DNA of 64,000 bases from Candidatus Aminicenantes bacterium (GCA_030639305.1 DAOWCY010000012.1:954-64953); one strand, 5' to 3'; shown: positions 25,161 through 37,912, counted from the first letter of the stretch. The notes: generated by a model from the letters alone, not told the origin. Made by a program: numbers and translations.

Positions 25161-26145
25161 AGGTACATTAAAAGAATTTAAAGTCCCCGATATCCTGCAG
25201 TGGTTCTCCCTGCAGGGAAAAACCGGCATATTGACCTTTACCAAAGATGATGGTTTCATTACTTTGATTTTCGAGTTAGGTTTGATTGTAGGCGTTGATT
25301 CCTTTCCCAGGAAATTGGAAATGAGAGTCGGCAGCGTACTGGTAAAACAGGACATTGTCGGTGAAGAGATGCTGCAGCGGGCCCTAACTATCCAGAAAAG
25401 GACGAAGCAGAAGATCGGTGAAGTTTTAATCGGTATGGGTTTAGTGGAAGAGCGAACGGTAAAAGAAGCGTTAAAGACCCAGGCCGTGGAGATTGTGCTG
25501 TCGCTTTTTAAATGGAAAAAAGGCAGTTATGATTTCAAAGTAATGGAGACTTTAGACCCCTCTATGAAAGTCATCGATCCCATGCCCATGGACAATATGA
25601 TCATGGAAGGGGTCCAGATGCTCGATGAGTGGCCCCTGATCATGCAGCATGTTCCTAACGGGGATGTAATTTTCCAACCTGCCCCCATCGAAACCGATAA
25701 TATCAAGATTATCGACGAAGATGAAGATGAAAAACCCAAGGGTAATGGGATTTTCTTAAGCCAGACTGAAGCCGGGTTATTGAAGTATATAGATGGGAAA
25801 AACAGGGTGAAGGACCTGGTGGACTTAGGGATATTTACCGAGTATAAGGTGTATAAAGGGCTTTTCAACCTGGTAAGAAAATCGGTGATAGTGGCCAAAG
25901 AGAAGAGTAAAACCGATATGGTGCGCCAGGAGAAGTTGGTTGATGAATTGAGAGCGGTTTCCAGGGAAAGAATCAATAAAATGTTTTTTGTTTTCCTCGT
26001 GCTCATCTTGGTGATGTTTATTATCGGTTTTTTCAAGCCCCTGCGTCCCTTGAATAGTGATAATGTGTTGTTAAAGGGTGATTTGTATGAGCGGGCGTTT
26101 ACCGGTCTCGATAAGCCCCGCGGCGAGCAAAAAAAAGCTGAATAA
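25150..26145 (+). CDS. DUF4388 protein with MshEN-like repeat and C-terminal TM anchor
   Basis: MAFKGTLKEFKVPDILQ...KTG; RVGSVLV...ALTIQ...KIGEVLIGMGLV. Confidence 0.8.
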   Translation: MAFKGTLKEFKVPDILQWFSLQGKTGILTFTKDDGFITLIFELGLIVGVDSFPRKLEMRVGSVLVKQDIVGEEMLQRALTIQKRTKQKIGEVLIGMGLVEERTVKEALKTQAVEIVLSLFKWKKGSYDFKVMETLDPSMKVIDPMPMDNMIMEGVQMLDEWPLIMQHVPNGDVIFQPAPIETDNIKIIDEDEDEKPKGNGIFLSQTEAGLLKYIDGKNRVKDLVDLGIFTEYKVYKGLFNLVRKSVIVAKEKSKTDMVRQEKLVDELRAVSRERINKMFFVFLVLILVMFIIGFFKPLRPLNSDNVLLKGDLYERAFTGLDKPRGEQKKAE

Positions 26146-26149
26146 TATA

Positions 26150-26218
26150 AGTGCGCTCAACAAAAGTTTTGTTCAAACTTTTTCAAAAGTTTGGCCCCCG
26201 GCAGGGCCGCCGGAGGCA
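26150..26218 (+). repeat. Repeat family B (AAAAGTTTTGTTCAAACTTTT...TGGCCCCCGGCAGGGCCGCCGGAGGC)
   Basis: Matches copies at 39150-39205, 43078-43135, 54705-54924 and others. Confidence 0.9.
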
Positions 26219-26369
26219 AGTCATCCGGATTTCTCGAATGCTCGTTTGCTGAAAGCTGAAAGCTGCTGTCCGGTGGTTGCTAAAACCTATACTTTCATGG
26301 TATAATAAGCCGATATAAAAAACGATAAGTAAATAAACTTAGAAATTCCAGGAAGTGGGATGAAATAAA

Positions 26370-27248
26370 ATGATCGTGAATAACAAATATAAAGAAAGTG
26401 CCGCTGCTGTAGGTAATTTTGACGGTTTCCACTTAGGGCACAAAAAAATCATCGAAACCCTGCAAGCTGCTGCTGAAAGGGAGAATCTCACTTCTATAAT
26501 CCTCACTTTCACCCCCAACCCCAAGCAGTACTTTGACAAAGAGTTAAACCTCATTAGTACGGATGAGCAAAAAAGAAAAATATTGGAAGCGCAAAATGTC
26601 GACCGGGTTATTTTTCTAAATTTTACGGAAATCTCGAATGTACCGGCGCAGGATTTTGTAAAAGAGATATTAGTCGATAAATTTAAAATGAAATATATCG
26701 TAGTGGGAGAAAATTTTAAATTCGGCAGGGATAGGGGAGGTGATATCGAGTCGCTGCGAGAGATGGCCGGGAAATTCGGGTTTAAACCGCAGTTAGTGAC
26801 GCCGGTGAAAATAGCCGGAACCCGGGTATCCAGCACCTTAACCAGGGAAAATTTGGCCGCTGGAAACATAGAAATGGCAAACCGTATGCTGGGCAGGTCC
26901 TATTATATCGAAGGTCTTATAGCAGAAGGAGATAAAATGGGCAGGGAATTGGGATTTCCTACGATAAACATAAAAACCGCCAATTTATTGTTACCGGAAG
27001 GTGTGTTTAAGAGTAAGGTCGAAATTGACTGCCAGGTATTCGATGCCATTACCAATGTCGGTTTCAGGCCCACCTTTTGGGGCAAAGAGAAGAGAATCGA
27101 GTCCCATATATTTAAATTCGATAGAATCGTTTATGGTAAAATGGCGAAAGTTTCTTTTGAAAGGAAGCTCAGGGATGAGATGAAATTTTCATCGAAGACG
27201 AACCTGATCGAACAGATAAAGAAAGATATCGAAAATATCAGGGTATAA
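26370..27248 (+). CDS. ribF: Bifunctional riboflavin kinase/FAD synthetase
   Basis: GNFDGFHLGH, VGENFKFG, SSTLTR, GRELGFPT, NVGFRPT. Confidence 0.97.
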   Translation: MIVNNKYKESAAAVGNFDGFHLGHKKIIETLQAAAERENLTSIILTFTPNPKQYFDKELNLISTDEQKRKILEAQNVDRVIFLNFTEISNVPAQDFVKEILVDKFKMKYIVVGENFKFGRDRGGDIESLREMAGKFGFKPQLVTPVKIAGTRVSSTLTRENLAAGNIEMANRMLGRSYYIEGLIAEGDKMGRELGFPTINIKTANLLLPEGVFKSKVEIDCQVFDAITNVGFRPTFWGKEKRIESHIFKFDRIVYGKMAKVSFERKLRDEMKFSSKTNLIEQIKKDIENIRV

Positions 27249-27320
27249 AAAATAAATGAACTTGACAAAGGAGTATTTTTTTGGTAATGATAGTTGTTAA
27301 TTTTGAACAGGAGATTTTAG

Positions 27321-28805
27321 ATGACTGAGTTGAAAGAAGAACAAGAAAAATCGAAAACCGAACCGGCTGAGGAAACACCGGAGAATGTTAAAGAAGAGCC
27401 TGCTGTAAAGGCCGCCCCCCCGGAAAACGCAAAGGCTGAAGATAAAGCCGGTAAAAAACAGCGTAAAACGAAGGATAAGAGTAAAACAAAAGTGAAGGAA
27501 GAGAAAGATAAGGAAAAAACGGAGCCGGCGGATAAAGAGAAAGCCGAAGAGGAAGACGAGGAATTAATAGCCAGGTTTTCCATCGCAATTCCGAAAGAAG
27601 AGATCGAAGCAGGCTTCGAAGCAGCGGCAGCCAAATATGCCGGTGAAGTAAAGCTGCCCGGGTTCAGGAAAGGGAAAGTACCCATAGATGTGGTTAAGAG
27701 CCGTTTTAAGGAGTCCATTAACAGCGAAGTGGTGGACGAGATGGTGCAGCAGGCCGTCATGGCAAAGATAAAAGAAGAGAAGATCAATGCCGCCTCTTCC
27801 CCGGTAATGGAGAAACTCGATTTCGAAGCCGGTAAAGACCTGAAAGCAGACATTAAAGTCGAAATTTTCCCCGAAGTTCCTTTACCCGAATATTTTGAGA
27901 AGATGGAGATCGAGATACCCGGCAAAGAATTAGAGATGAAGGAATTTAATGAGCAGGAACAGGTAGACGTTTTGCTCGAAAACAATAAGCAGAAAACGCC
28001 GGTAAGCGGCCGGGAAATTAAAGCCGCTGACCTGGTGGAGATTACCTACCAGTCGAAGCTGTTGGATACGAAGCGGCTGACCCCTAAGAAAAGCGCCGAA
28101 TACACGGTAAGTGAAAAAGAGGAGTTCGAGATCCTCGATCTTTATAAAGATATCACCGGGAAAAAGGCGCAAGAAAAAATCACCGTCAGGAGGACATATC
28201 CCACCGATTACAAAAAGAAAATCTGGGCCGGCAAAGAGATCGAGCACTATATAGAGATAAATGCCGTTTCCGAGATGGTGAAACCCCAATTGGATGAAAA
28301 ATTCCTGCAGCGCTTCGGTTATAATGACGAAGCGACTTTTAAGAAAAAGTTAAAAGAAGAACATGAAAAATACAAAGAACAGCACCGGGACGAGACGATT
28401 ACTAACCATATCGTGGAGCATTTAATTAAGACTATAAAATTTCCCATCCCCGGCTCCCTATTGGACCAGGAAGTAATGGCCCGCTACGGCCAGAGCATAA
28501 AAGGTTTGAAATTTAAGGATGAAACGGAAGCGAAGTCATACCTGAAACCCTTCAGGGAACAGGTAAAAAAACCGGTGCAATTTTCCCTGATAACCGACGC
28601 CATAAAAGAGAAATTTAAAATCGAAGCAGACAACGATGAGTTGGAGCAGGAGTATAAACGCATCGCGGAAAGAACCGGCGCCCCCATGAAAGAGATCAGG
28701 AAGTATTACATGAAACCTGAACAGAAGAAGGACTTGAAGGACACCGTGACCAGGGTGAAAATAATGAATTTCCTGAAAGAAAAAATTAAAATCAAAGAGG
28801 TTTAA
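27321..28805 (+). CDS. tig: Trigger factor with charged N-terminal extension
   Basis: [10 protein letters not shown] signature; position before clpP. Confidence 0.93.
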   Translation: MTELKEEQEKSKTEPAEETPENVKEEPAVKAAPPENAKAEDKAGKKQRKTKDKSKTKVKEEKDKEKTEPADKEKAEEEDEELIARFSIAIPKEEIEAGFEAAAAKYAGEVKLPGFRKGKVPIDVVKSRFKESINSEVVDEMVQQAVMAKIKEEKINAASSPVMEKLDFEAGKDLKADIKVEIFPEVPLPEYFEKMEIEIPGKELEMKEFNEQEQVDVLLENNKQKTPVSGREIKAADLVEITYQSKLLDTKRLTPKKSAEYTVSEKEEFEILDLYKDITGKKAQEKITVRRTYPTDYKKKIWAGKEIEHYIEINAVSEMVKPQLDEKFLQRFGYNDEATFKKKLKEEHEKYKEQHRDETITNHIVEHLIKTIKFPIPGSLLDQEVMARYGQSIKGLKFKDETEAKSYLKPFREQVKKPVQFSLITDAIKEKFKIEADNDELEQEYKRIAERTGAPMKEIRKYYMKPEQKKDLKDTVTRVKIMNFLKEKIKIKEV

Positions 28806-28806
28806 A

Positions 28807-29418
28807 ATGTCTTTAATACCGATGGTAGTTGAACAAAGCGGAAATGTCGAGCGGGCCTATGATATTTATTCCCGGCTGTTGAAAGATGGAATTATATTCC
28901 TCGGCTCCCCTATAGACGATAATGCAGCCAATGTAGTCATTGCCCAACTCCTTTTCTTAGAAGCCGATGACCCGGAGAAAGATATCTCCCTTTACATCAA
29001 TTCTCCCGGCGGAATGATCACATCCGGCATGGCAATTTACGACACCATGAAATTTATTAAAAACGATATCGTTACCATATGTATCGGCCAGGCATCTTCC
29101 ATGGCCGCGGTGCTGCTGACAGCCGGGACAACAGGGAAGAGATATGCCCTACCCAATTCGAAAGTGCTGCTGCATCAGCCCTTAGGCGGTTTCCAGGGCC
29201 AGGCCACCGATGTCTTGATACATGCCGAAGAGATAAAGAAAGTAAAAGAGAAGTTAATAGATATATTGGTCTTTCATACCGGCCTCAAAAAAGCGAAGAT
29301 TGCCGCCGATATCGAAAGGGACTTTATAATGAACGCCGAAGAAGCGCTGGAATATGGTATAATAGACCAGGTTATTAGCGAAAGAAAAAAAATAGGAGTT
29401 GAGAAAACGAAAAAATGA
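28807..29418 (+). CDS. clpP: ATP-dependent Clp protease proteolytic subunit
   Basis: [25 protein letters not shown]. Confidence 0.99.
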   Translation: MSLIPMVVEQSGNVERAYDIYSRLLKDGIIFLGSPIDDNAANVVIAQLLFLEADDPEKDISLYINSPGGMITSGMAIYDTMKFIKNDIVTICIGQASSMAAVLLTAGTTGKRYALPNSKVLLHQPLGGFQGQATDVLIHAEEIKKVKEKLIDILVFHTGLKKAKIAADIERDFIMNAEEALEYGIIDQVISERKKIGVEKTKK

Positions 29419-30629
29419 GCGAAGAAAGTAAACATAACACCAGGTGCAGTTTTTGCAACATAACCCAGGCCGACGCCCTGAAATTGATAGCCGGGCCCGG
29501 CGTTTTTATTTGTGATGAATGTGCGCGGATAGCCTATCATCTCGTTTATTCATCCGGGCCCTTCAAAGCCGGTTTTAAAGATACCGAGAAGATATTGAAT
29601 CCTAAGGAGATCAAGGCCAAACTGGACCAATACATCATCTCCCAGGACATAGCCAAGAAGAAACTGGCGGTTGCCGTTTACAATCATTACAAACGGATCG
29701 TCAATATGCAAACCATCTCCGACGTAGAGATCAAGAAAAGCAATGTTTTGTTGATAGGCCCCACCGGAACCGGGAAAACCTTACTTGCCGAAACCCTGGC
29801 CAAAATTTTAGACGTCCCCTTTGCCATTGCTGACGCCACCACGCTGACCGAAGCCGGGTATGTGGGCGAAGATGTTGAAAATATCCTTTTGAAATTGTAC
29901 CATGCGGCCGGCGAGAATAAGGACCTGGCGGAACGGGGCATCATATACATCGACGAAATAGATAAGATTTCCCGCAAAAGCGAAAACGCCTCCATAACCA
30001 GGGATGTCTCCGGTGAAGGAGTGCAGCAGGCCTTATTAAAAATCATCGAAGGCACGGAAGCCAGTGTGCCGCCCTCAGGAGGCAGGAAACATCCCCACCA
30101 GGAATTCATCAAAATCGACACCAAGAATATTCTCTTTATAGCCGGCGGCGCTTTTGTCGGGCTGGACCGCATCATCAAGAGCCGCCTGAAAAAGAATGTC
30201 ATCGGTTTCAACAGGACGAACCGGAAAACCGACCTCGACGATGAAAATATCTTCGCCCGGGTTCTGCCCGAAGATTTAGTCAAATTCGGTTTAATCCCCG
30301 AATTGGTAGGCAGGTTCCCCATAGTAGGGGTTTTAAATGAGTTAGAACAGGAACACCTTTTAAAGATCCTTACCGAACCGCGTAATTCTCTTACCCGGCA
30401 GTATAAAGCCCTATTCGAAATAGATGGCATAGAGCTTGATTTTTTAATAGAAGTATTGGAAGAGATATCGGCAGAGGCGAAAAAAAGAGGTGTAGGCGCC
30501 CGGGGGCTGCGATCCATATTCGAGGAATTAATGCTTGAATTAATGTTCGAATTACCCTCGCGGAAAGATAAAGTCGAAAAAGTAATCGTCGACAATAATT
30601 ATTTAAAGAAGAAAAAATGGATAGCGTGA
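29415..30629 (+). CDS. clpX: Clp protease ATP-binding subunit ClpX
   Basis: CSFC...CDEC zinc finger, [25 protein letters not shown] loop. Confidence 0.99.
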   Translation: MSEESKHNTRCSFCNITQADALKLIAGPGVFICDECARIAYHLVYSSGPFKAGFKDTEKILNPKEIKAKLDQYIISQDIAKKKLAVAVYNHYKRIVNMQTISDVEIKKSNVLLIGPTGTGKTLLAETLAKILDVPFAIADATTLTEAGYVGEDVENILLKLYHAAGENKDLAERGIIYIDEIDKISRKSENASITRDVSGEGVQQALLKIIEGTEASVPPSGGRKHPHQEFIKIDTKNILFIAGGAFVGLDRIIKSRLKKNVIGFNRTNRKTDLDDENIFARVLPEDLVKFGLIPELVGRFPIVGVLNELEQEHLLKILTEPRNSLTRQYKALFEIDGIELDFLIEVLEEISAEAKKRGVGARGLRSIFEELMLELMFELPSRKDKVEKVIVDNNYLKKKKWIA

Positions 30630-32947
30630 AGAAAAAAGAGTTAGTTTTGCCCTTAATTCCATTAAGGGAATTGGCAGCCCTACCGGCAACGATTATCCCC
30701 ATCCTGGTAGGCAGGGAGAGGTCAATTAATGCCCTGAAGAGCGCCCGGGAAAAGCATAACAATTTTATTTTCCTATCGGTGCAGACCAACCAGGTGACGG
30801 AAGCGCCTTCACCTTATGAAGTCGCCCGGATGGGCGTTATCGCCCGCATAGAGAAATCCGCCGAACAAAACAACGGCAGTTTCCGGGTTATCATACACGG
30901 CTTAGAGCGGGGTGAAGTGCAGGAGTTTATCAACCAGGATGAATACTATTCCGTCCGCGTTAAAACCATAGAAGATGTCATCGAGAAAGGCCGCAACTAT
31001 TTTGAATTGTCAAGGAACCTGATCACCCTCTTCGAAGAGTATATCAACATCAAAAAAGTAAAAATGCACGGCATCATCGCCAAATTGGAATCGAACCAGG
31101 TCTCTGAAATTACCGATATCATCATCTCCATGATCAACATCCCCTTAAAATTGAAACAATCCCTCCTGGAAGAGTTGAATGTCTATACCCGCGGCGTCAA
31201 AGTATTCAACATCCTCAAGAAAGAACTCTTTAAATTAAAAGCCAACCGGGAAGAACCCAGGAAAGGCAAAGAAGACTCCCAGCTCAATGAAATCGATGAA
31301 TACAGGAAAAAAATGGAGGCCGCCAAGCTGCCCGAATACGTACAGAAGCGGGCGGAAGAAGAACTCGAAAGGTTGGAAATGATGCCCCCCTATTCAGCCG
31401 AGAGTACCGTTTCGCGTTATTATCTCGACTGGCTCATCGCTATTCCCTGGGAAAAGGTAAAAGAGGAGAACAAAGACATTGTCGCAGCCGCTGAAATCTT
31501 AGATGAAGACCATTACGGGCTGCGCAAAGTCAAAGACAGGATCCTCGATTACCTGGCCGTCAGGCAGTTGGTCAAAAAGCCCGAAGGGGAGATCATATGT
31601 TTTGTCGGCCCCCCCGGCGTAGGTAAGAGTTCGCTCTCTAAATCCATTGCCAGGGCCCTGGACCGCTCTTTTGTCAGGGTCTCTTTAGGCGGAGTCAGGG
31701 ATGAAGCGGAAATCAGGGGGCACAGGCGCACCTATATCGGCTCTTACCCCGGGCAAATCATCAAGGGCCTGAAAAAAGCCAAATATAAGAACCCTGTTTT
31801 TCTTTTAGATGAAATAGACAAGTTAAATTCCGATTTCAGGGGCGACCCCGCCTCCGCGCTGCTGGAAGCTTTAGACCCCGATCAGAATTCCGAATTCGTG
31901 GATCACTACTTAGACTTAGAAATAGATTTATCCCAGATATTTTTTATTACCACCGCCAATTTCATCGACCCCATTCCCCCGGCCCTGATGGACCGCATGG
32001 AAGTCATCGAAATCCCCGGCTATACCGAAAGGGAAAAATTGCAAATCGCTAAGGAATTCCTGGTTAAGAAACAGGCCGGAAAGAACGGCCTAAAAGCCCA
32101 GGATTTTGAAATAAGCGAAAACCTGATGCTGGAAATTATCAATCATTATACCCGTGAAGCGGGCGTCAGGAATTTAGAGAGGCAGATCGCCGTAGTGATG
32201 AGGAAGATCGCCCGGCGATTCGTAGAAAGAGGCGAAATAACTGAAGAACACAGGGCAAAATTCGTTTTAGATAAAGAGTATTTACATAAATTTCTCGGCA
32301 TCCCCAAGTTCAACAAACTGAAAATACTGCACCAGGGAGAAATCGGGGTTTCGGTAGGTCTGGCCTGGACTGCCTCCGGCGGCGACATACTGGTCATCGA
32401 ATCGCGTTTCGTAAAAGGCAAAGGTAATTTGATCTTAACCGGCAGGTTGGGGGAAATCATGAAAGAATCCTCCTCCACAGCCTTCAGTTATGCCAAGATA
32501 AAGCTTACCGAGCTCGATTTCGACACCGATGAGATCGAAAAGTATAATATCCACCTGCACATACCCGAAGGCGCCGTGCCCAAAGAAGGCCCCTCAGCCG
32601 GTATTACCCTGGCGGTTTGTATACTTTCTCTTTTAACCGGCATCCCCATAAAAGCCAATTACGCCATGACCGGCGAGATCACCTTAAGAGGCAAAGTGCT
32701 GCCTGTAGGCGGGATAAAGGAGAAAATTATCGCCGCTCACCGTTATGGAATAAAAAACGTGCTGATCCCCTCTGAGAACGAGAAAGATTTTAAAGAAGAC
32801 ATCCCCGAAGACATCCGGGACAGCATGAAAGTTTACTTAATCGATAATATGGATGAGTTATTGGACATCGTTTTGGAAAAACCCTTGAAAATAAAAAATA
32901 TCGACAGTAAAGTGATCAGGCCTTTTTTAAATGCCAATATCCAGTAG
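30617..32947 (+). CDS. lon: Endopeptidase La
   Basis: [29 protein letters not shown]. Confidence 0.99.
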   Translation: MDSVKKKELVLPLIPLRELAALPATIIPILVGRERSINALKSAREKHNNFIFLSVQTNQVTEAPSPYEVARMGVIARIEKSAEQNNGSFRVIIHGLERGEVQEFINQDEYYSVRVKTIEDVIEKGRNYFELSRNLITLFEEYINIKKVKMHGIIAKLESNQVSEITDIIISMINIPLKLKQSLLEELNVYTRGVKVFNILKKELFKLKANREEPRKGKEDSQLNEIDEYRKKMEAAKLPEYVQKRAEEELERLEMMPPYSAESTVSRYYLDWLIAIPWEKVKEENKDIVAAAEILDEDHYGLRKVKDRILDYLAVRQLVKKPEGEIICFVGPPGVGKSSLSKSIARALDRSFVRVSLGGVRDEAEIRGHRRTYIGSYPGQIIKGLKKAKYKNPVFLLDEIDKLNSDFRGDPASALLEALDPDQNSEFVDHYLDLEIDLSQIFFITTANFIDPIPPALMDRMEVIEIPGYTEREKLQIAKEFLVKKQAGKNGLKAQDFEISENLMLEIINHYTREAGVRNLERQIAVVMRKIARRFVERGEITEEHRAKFVLDKEYLHKFLGIPKFNKLKILHQGEIGVSVGLAWTASGGDILVIESRFVKGKGNLILTGRLGEIMKESSSTAFSYAKIKLTELDFDTDEIEKYNIHLHIPEGAVPKEGPSAGITLAVCILSLLTGIPIKANYAMTGEITLRGKVLPVGGIKEKIIAAHRYGIKNVLIPSENEKDFKEDIPEDIRDSMKVYLIDNMDELLDIVLEKPLKIKNIDSKVIRPFLNANIQ

Positions 32948-33226
32948 CGGGGCGGACGGCGTCCGCACCCTATAGGGGCCTGAAGATTTTTTACCCGGCC
33001 CAGGGTGCCCCAAAAGCTTGTTTTGTCAAACTTCTGGGATTTGGATATCCCGGTTCCTGCTGTTCCTGTCGCGCAGCGACTTATAGGCTGGGTGCGCACA
33101 TGTCCGTCCACGTTAACCGGGAAGTTTTTTTTATCATACCGCGGGTTTTGGATTCCCCGGTCTTCGCTGTTTTTGCCGCGCAGCGGCTTATAGACTGGGT
33201 GCGCCGCACCCCCGCACCCCCGTGTA
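32943..33226. repeat. REP-like / family B palindromic cluster
   Basis: GTAGCGGGGCGGACGGCGTCCGCACCC; two GCGCAGCG..TTATAG..TGGGTGCGC units. Confidence 0.7.
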
Positions 33227-33272
33227 ACGGCATGTAGTCATATGGGAGATATGAATTTTTAGGAATAAAAAA

Positions 33273-33848
33273 ATGAAAATTAAAGAAAGCAAACTGGAGC
33301 GCACCTCTTTTAACGAAAAAGAGCTGATTAACGATGATATGAGTAAAATTGCCTTTATCGGTCGCTCCAACGTGGGGAAATCCTCCTTTATCAACAAGAT
33401 TCTCCACCGCAAGAATCTGGCCAGGACCAGTTCAAAACCCGGTAAAACCATCAGCATCAATTATTATCTCATCAATGAAGAATTTTATTTCGTCGATCTG
33501 CCCGGTTACGGTTACGCCAAAATACCGAAGCAGGAAAGGCTTAGGGTTCGTTCTTTGATGACGGTTTTTTTTGAAAATGTAAAAAACCTTAAGCTGATCG
33601 TCCTTTTAATAGATTCGCGCCGTGGTTTTACTGCCCCGGACCTGGAAATTTTGCCGCAATTGCTGGATAAAAAATTTAAAATGTTGACAGTGCTCACTAA
33701 AAGTGATAAAATAGGTTCTACCGAATTAACAAACCGTAAAACAAACCTAAAAAAAAAATTTGGTTTACGGGCCATTTCCTTCTCAATCAAATCAGACAGT
33801 AATAAGCAGGAAATATTAAACAATATAAATGAAGCTTTAATGGAGTAA
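33273..33848 (+). CDS. engB: Ribosome biogenesis GTPase EngB (YihA/YsxC)
   Basis: [21 protein letters not shown]. Confidence 0.97.
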   Translation: MKIKESKLERTSFNEKELINDDMSKIAFIGRSNVGKSSFINKILHRKNLARTSSKPGKTISINYYLINEEFYFVDLPGYGYAKIPKQERLRVRSLMTVFFENVKNLKLIVLLIDSRRGFTAPDLEILPQLLDKKFKMLTVLTKSDKIGSTELTNRKTNLKKKFGLRAISFSIKSDSNKQEILNNINEALME

Positions 33849-33850
33849 AA

Positions 33851-35116
33851 ATGTACACCTTAAAAGAATTACAATCTATGAAAGTAGCCGACTTAAAAAA
33901 AGTAGTCGCTCAATTTGATCTGGACGCACAGAACATAAAAGATAAGAACTCTCTCTATTTCAATATCCTGAATGCCCAGGCAAGCGCAAATGGGAAACTA
34001 TTTGCCGAAGGAGTTATCGAAGTGCTCAGCGAGGGGTATGGTTTCCTGAGATTCCAGGAATATTCTTACTTATCCAGTTCGGAGGATATATACGTTTCTC
34101 CTTCCCAGGTGCATAAGTTCGATCTGCGCACCGGCGATACAATTTCCGGTTCCGTAAGACCGCCCAAAGGTGGGGAAAAATATTTTGCCCTTTTAACCGT
34201 GGAAGCAGTCAATTCCACGGACCCTGAGGAAGTTTGCACCATCAGGAAAAGCAAAAGATTCGAAAAATTAACTCCCCTTTACCCTGACCAGAGGATCCTT
34301 CAGGAAACAGAGTCCGGGAATGTCACCGGCAGGGTGATGGACCTGCTCACACCTATCGGCAAAGGGCAGAGAGGGTTGATCGTCGCAGCGCCCAGGACCG
34401 GTAAAACTATGATTTTGCAGAGTATCGCAAAGTCCATCGAAGTCAACCACCCTGAAATCAACCTGATCGTGCTGCTCATCGACGAAAGGCCTGAAGAAGT
34501 GACAGACATGGCCAGGAACGTTAACGGTGAAGTGATCTCCTCTACCTTTGATGAAGTGCCCATCAGGCACACAAAAGTAGCGGAAATCGTGCTGGAAAAA
34601 GCAAAACGGTTAGTGGAGATGGATAAAGACGTAGTTATTTTGCTCGACTCCATCACCCGTTTGGCCCGGGCCCACAACGCCGTCACCCCACCTTCCGGGA
34701 AGGTGCTCTCCGGTGGTGTGGACGCCAACGCCCTTAACAAACCCAAAAAGTTCTTCGGTTCCGCCAGGAATATCGAAAACGGCGGCAGCCTGACCATCCT
34801 GGCCACTGCTTTGGTGGATACCGGCAGCAGGATGGATGAAGTTATCTTCGAAGAGTTTAAAGGCACGGGAAACATGGAAATCAACCTGGACAGGCGTCTT
34901 GTTGACAAGAGGGTTTTCCCTGCTATCGACCTGTTCCGTTCCGGCACCAGGAAAGAGGAACTCTTGATCGAGCAGGATGAACTGAATAAAATCTGGATCT
35001 TAAGAAAAGTTCTCTCCCAGATGAGTGAAGTAGAAGCCATGGAATTGTTAGTGGATAAGCTGTCCAAAACCAAAACCAACGCCGATTTCATGAAGATGAT
35101 GTCCCAGGGCATGTAG
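33851..35116 (+). CDS. rho: Transcription termination factor Rho
   Basis: [35 protein letters not shown]. Confidence 0.99.
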   Translation: MYTLKELQSMKVADLKKVVAQFDLDAQNIKDKNSLYFNILNAQASANGKLFAEGVIEVLSEGYGFLRFQEYSYLSSSEDIYVSPSQVHKFDLRTGDTISGSVRPPKGGEKYFALLTVEAVNSTDPEEVCTIRKSKRFEKLTPLYPDQRILQETESGNVTGRVMDLLTPIGKGQRGLIVAAPRTGKTMILQSIAKSIEVNHPEINLIVLLIDERPEEVTDMARNVNGEVISSTFDEVPIRHTKVAEIVLEKAKRLVEMDKDVVILLDSITRLARAHNAVTPPSGKVLSGGVDANALNKPKKFFGSARNIENGGSLTILATALVDTGSRMDEVIFEEFKGTGNMEINLDRRLVDKRVFPAIDLFRSGTRKEELLIEQDELNKIWILRKVLSQMSEVEAMELLVDKLSKTKTNADFMKMMSQGM

Positions 35117-35251
35117 AGACCGGGAGACCTCCCCAAACCCCGGCAATTCTAATTTTAGTCTATTTTTCTATAAATTGGTGTAAATCTGTGGGCCGATTCC
35201 CCTGTTGCTAATTTCCCCATGTTGCGGTATAATAGATTCTTGTAGGTAAAA

Positions 35252-35869
35252 ATGAATAGAAAAAAATTAATTCCGCTGCTGCTCTTTTTTTTGGGGTTGT
35301 CATGGCTACAGGGAGGTGCCCAAACCGCGAAAACGTCTCTTTCGTTGATAACCGAAGTTAGAAATTCCATTGCCGCCATAAAACCCTTTAAAGTTAATTT
35401 TGTGCAGCAAGTTTTCGACGAGGATCAATTGGAGATCGAAGAGACGGGAGAAATCTTGTTTAAAGACCATAATACATTAAAATGGACCTATTTAGACCCT
35501 GATTACAAAGTGTTCCTGCTGCAGGGTGAAAATTACAAATTCTATGACCGGGACAACGAGCAGTTAACCGTGGGCAAGATAAAAGATAAAAACCGGCAGT
35601 GGCTCTGGCAATTGCTCTTTTCGCAAGAAATCTCCCCATATATAAAAACCGACAGGAAAAATAAAAAGATATATATAAAAGATGAACCTGGAGCTTTAGA
35701 CGTGGAAATCCTTGTCAACAGCGATTTTCTCCCTGTAAAAGCGATCCGGGAGGACCCTACCGGGGTCAAAATGGTCTATCATTTCAAGGAATACAAAAAG
35801 AGAATTAACCTGAGTGCGGACACCTTTACATTAGCAGTCCCCCCGGGCGTGGAAGTTGTAACCGAATAA
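35252..35869 (+). CDS. lolA: Outer-membrane lipoprotein carrier LolA family
   Basis: Signal peptide, FVQQV...GEILFK...LKWTY...P. Confidence 0.75.
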   Translation: MNRKKLIPLLLFFLGLSWLQGGAQTAKTSLSLITEVRNSIAAIKPFKVNFVQQVFDEDQLEIEETGEILFKDHNTLKWTYLDPDYKVFLLQGENYKFYDRDNEQLTVGKIKDKNRQWLWQLLFSQEISPYIKTDRKNKKIYIKDEPGALDVEILVNSDFLPVKAIREDPTGVKMVYHFKEYKKRINLSADTFTLAVPPGVEVVTE

Positions 35870-35914
35870 TGTTTGTTATAGGAAAGAAAACCTTTTTGCC
35901 GGAAAAATCGTAAA

Positions 35915-36493
35915 ATGATGTTGGATGATGATCAAGTATTGATAAAGAAGATACTTGCGGGCAGTAAAGCATCCTTTGAGGAACTTATGAAAAAGTATAA
36001 TAAAAAAATTTTCGGTTTCATCTACCGCATGGTAAGAGATGAAGAAGTTGCCGTCGAGTTGACCCAGGATTTTTTTATTAAGATTTATAATGTTTTGCAT
36101 AAATACAATTTCGAATATAAATTTTCCACCTGGGCTTACCGGATTTGCTACAACCTTGTCATAGACTATGTCAGGAAGCACCGGGCCTATGTCGATTCTT
36201 TAGATGACGACAGTGTTTCCCAGAGACAAATGCTGGAATCGCAAAACTATGTAAACGAAGATGGTTTCGAGATACTGGCCAGGGAAGAATTAAGAGATTA
36301 TGTCTGGAATGTAGTGGACTCTATTCCCATGAAATACCGGGAACTTATCCTGCTGCGTTATTTGCAGGGTCTGAAATACGATGAGATCGCCGGTGTCACC
36401 GAACTACCCGTCGGCACAGTAAAAAACAGGATATTTAAAGCCAAAGAAATTCTAAAGAAGGAGATCGAAAAAGATGGCATGCTTGAACAGTGA
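35915..36493 (+). CDS. ECF sigma-70 factor (RpoE/SigW-like)
   Basis: ELTQDFFIK, FSTWAYRI, LKYDEIAGVTELPVGTVKNRIFKAK. Confidence 0.95.
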   Translation: MMLDDDQVLIKKILAGSKASFEELMKKYNKKIFGFIYRMVRDEEVAVELTQDFFIKIYNVLHKYNFEYKFSTWAYRICYNLVIDYVRKHRAYVDSLDDDSVSQRQMLESQNYVNEDGFEILAREELRDYVWNVVDSIPMKYRELILLRYLQGLKYDEIAGVTELPVGTVKNRIFKAKEILKKEIEKDGMLEQ

Positions 36494-37034
36494 AACAATA
36501 CAAGAATATATAGACGGTGAACTCACCAATGTAGAGAATGCAATGGTGAGAGACCATTTGATCGTATGTGAGAAGTGCCGGATGGAGTATGATTATTACG
36601 AACGGCTGGAGAAGTATTTGGCCGAACCCGTCTATATCACTCCCCCCCCAGCCATAGAGAGAAATGTATTGAATGCGCTTTTTCCCCGCATACCCGCATT
36701 GTCTTCCGTGTTATCCCTAATTGCCGCCAGTTTCATCCTGGTGGTTACCTGGATATATATCTATTTCGATTTTGCCAACAACAGCATTATCCAGGCTTTG
36801 CAGTTAACTACGGATAAAACCTCGAACTGGATTGCCTCGGTAATACAAATGATTTCCGCCGTTTTTTCTACGGTGTACGCTGTATTCAAGGTGATAAATG
36901 CATTTGTGGACGCGGTCTTTAAGATCAACATCGGGGTAGAGATAATCGGTATATTTACCCTATTGATATGCACCGCATTTTTCTATTTAGGTTCCCGCCT
37001 GGTATTTAAAAAAATAAAGGGGACAAATGCATGA
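36474..37034 (+). CDS. Zinc-finger (zf-HC2) transmembrane anti-sigma factor
   Basis: HLIVCEKC (HxxxCxxC) plus TM helices. Confidence 0.9.
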   Translation: MACLNSETIQEYIDGELTNVENAMVRDHLIVCEKCRMEYDYYERLEKYLAEPVYITPPPAIERNVLNALFPRIPALSSVLSLIAASFILVVTWIYIYFDFANNSIIQALQLTTDKTSNWIASVIQMISAVFSTVYAVFKVINAFVDAVFKINIGVEIIGIFTLLICTAFFYLGSRLVFKKIKGTNA

Positions 37035-37912
37035 AGAAGTTAATGCTGGCTGTCCTGCTTTGCCCGGCGCTGCTTTTTTCCTCGTCTAATTTTAAATTTG
37101 AGAAGGAACTGGTTGTCCCCCCGGACGGTGTTTATAAGGACAATGTGATCTCTTTTGGCGGCAGTATCGAAATAAAGGGTAAATTAGAGCACACCCTTAT
37201 TCTTATCAACGGTACTTTAAAATTAAGCGGTGAAGTAGGAGAAGATATTATCTGCTTTTTCTCGCAGGTAGAAATCGCAGAAAATGCCCGCGTAAAGGGT
37301 GATTTGTTTGTAATCGGGGGCAAGATGACCAAAGCGGCCGGTGTCAAAATCGGCGGTGATTCTACTTATTTCAGGTTTGACATGAAGAAGATCGAGAGCA
37401 CCCTGATCCCTTTTTTAGCCGACGCCCGTTCTTTTACATTTTTCAAAACTTTAAAAATTATCCTCTGGTTTATCATCACGCTAATCGTCTTCGCTGTTAT
37501 ACCGCACCGGATCAACAGCGCCGAAGAGATAGTCGAAAAATATAAGCTCAAGATAGTGGCATTAGGGTTAGTTGCATTCGTTTCTTTTTTGGTTTTACTG
37601 ATCCTTTTTGTCGTCATGTTTTTTATACTGATCGGCATTCCCCTTCTTTTCGGTTTATTTTTAATTTACTTTGCCGCGTTTATATTCGGCAGGACCGTTA
37701 TCTTTTTTTATATCGGCAATAAGATAGCCGCCCTTTTGAAATTGAAAAACCTTATGCCCTCGTTGTTTATCTTGTTGGGGGCGGTTTTTTATGCCCTGCT
37801 GCAATTTATCCCCATAGCCGGGCCCGTGGTATTATTAGTGATCAATTTATTTGAAGTAGGCATCGGCGTAGGATATATTTTCAGGAAGAAGTTAGGGGTC
37901 GCGGTCAGTTAG
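37031..37912 (+). CDS. Membrane protein with bactofilin-like N-terminal repeats
   Basis: GGSIEIKGK...GDLFVIGG beta-repeats followed by about 5 TM segments. Confidence 0.65.
   Translation: MKKLMLAVLLCPALLFSSSNFKFEKELVVPPDGVYKDNVISFGGSIEIKGKLEHTLILINGTLKLSGEVGEDIICFFSQVEIAENARVKGDLFVIGGKMTKAAGVKIGGDSTYFRFDMKKIESTLIPFLADARSFTFFKTLKIILWFIITLIVFAVIPHRINSAEEIVEKYKLKIVALGLVAFVSFLVLLILFVVMFFILIGIPLLFGLFLIYFAAFIFGRTVIFFYIGNKIAALLKLKNLMPSLFILLGAVFYALLQFIPIAGPVVLLVINLFEVGIGVGYIFRKKLGVAVS

Noticed and set aside
9152-35136. Long antisense ORFs (9152-9991, 27317-27985, 29687-30595, 34300-35136 and similar)
   Set aside because: Opposite well-supported genes; explained by codon bias.
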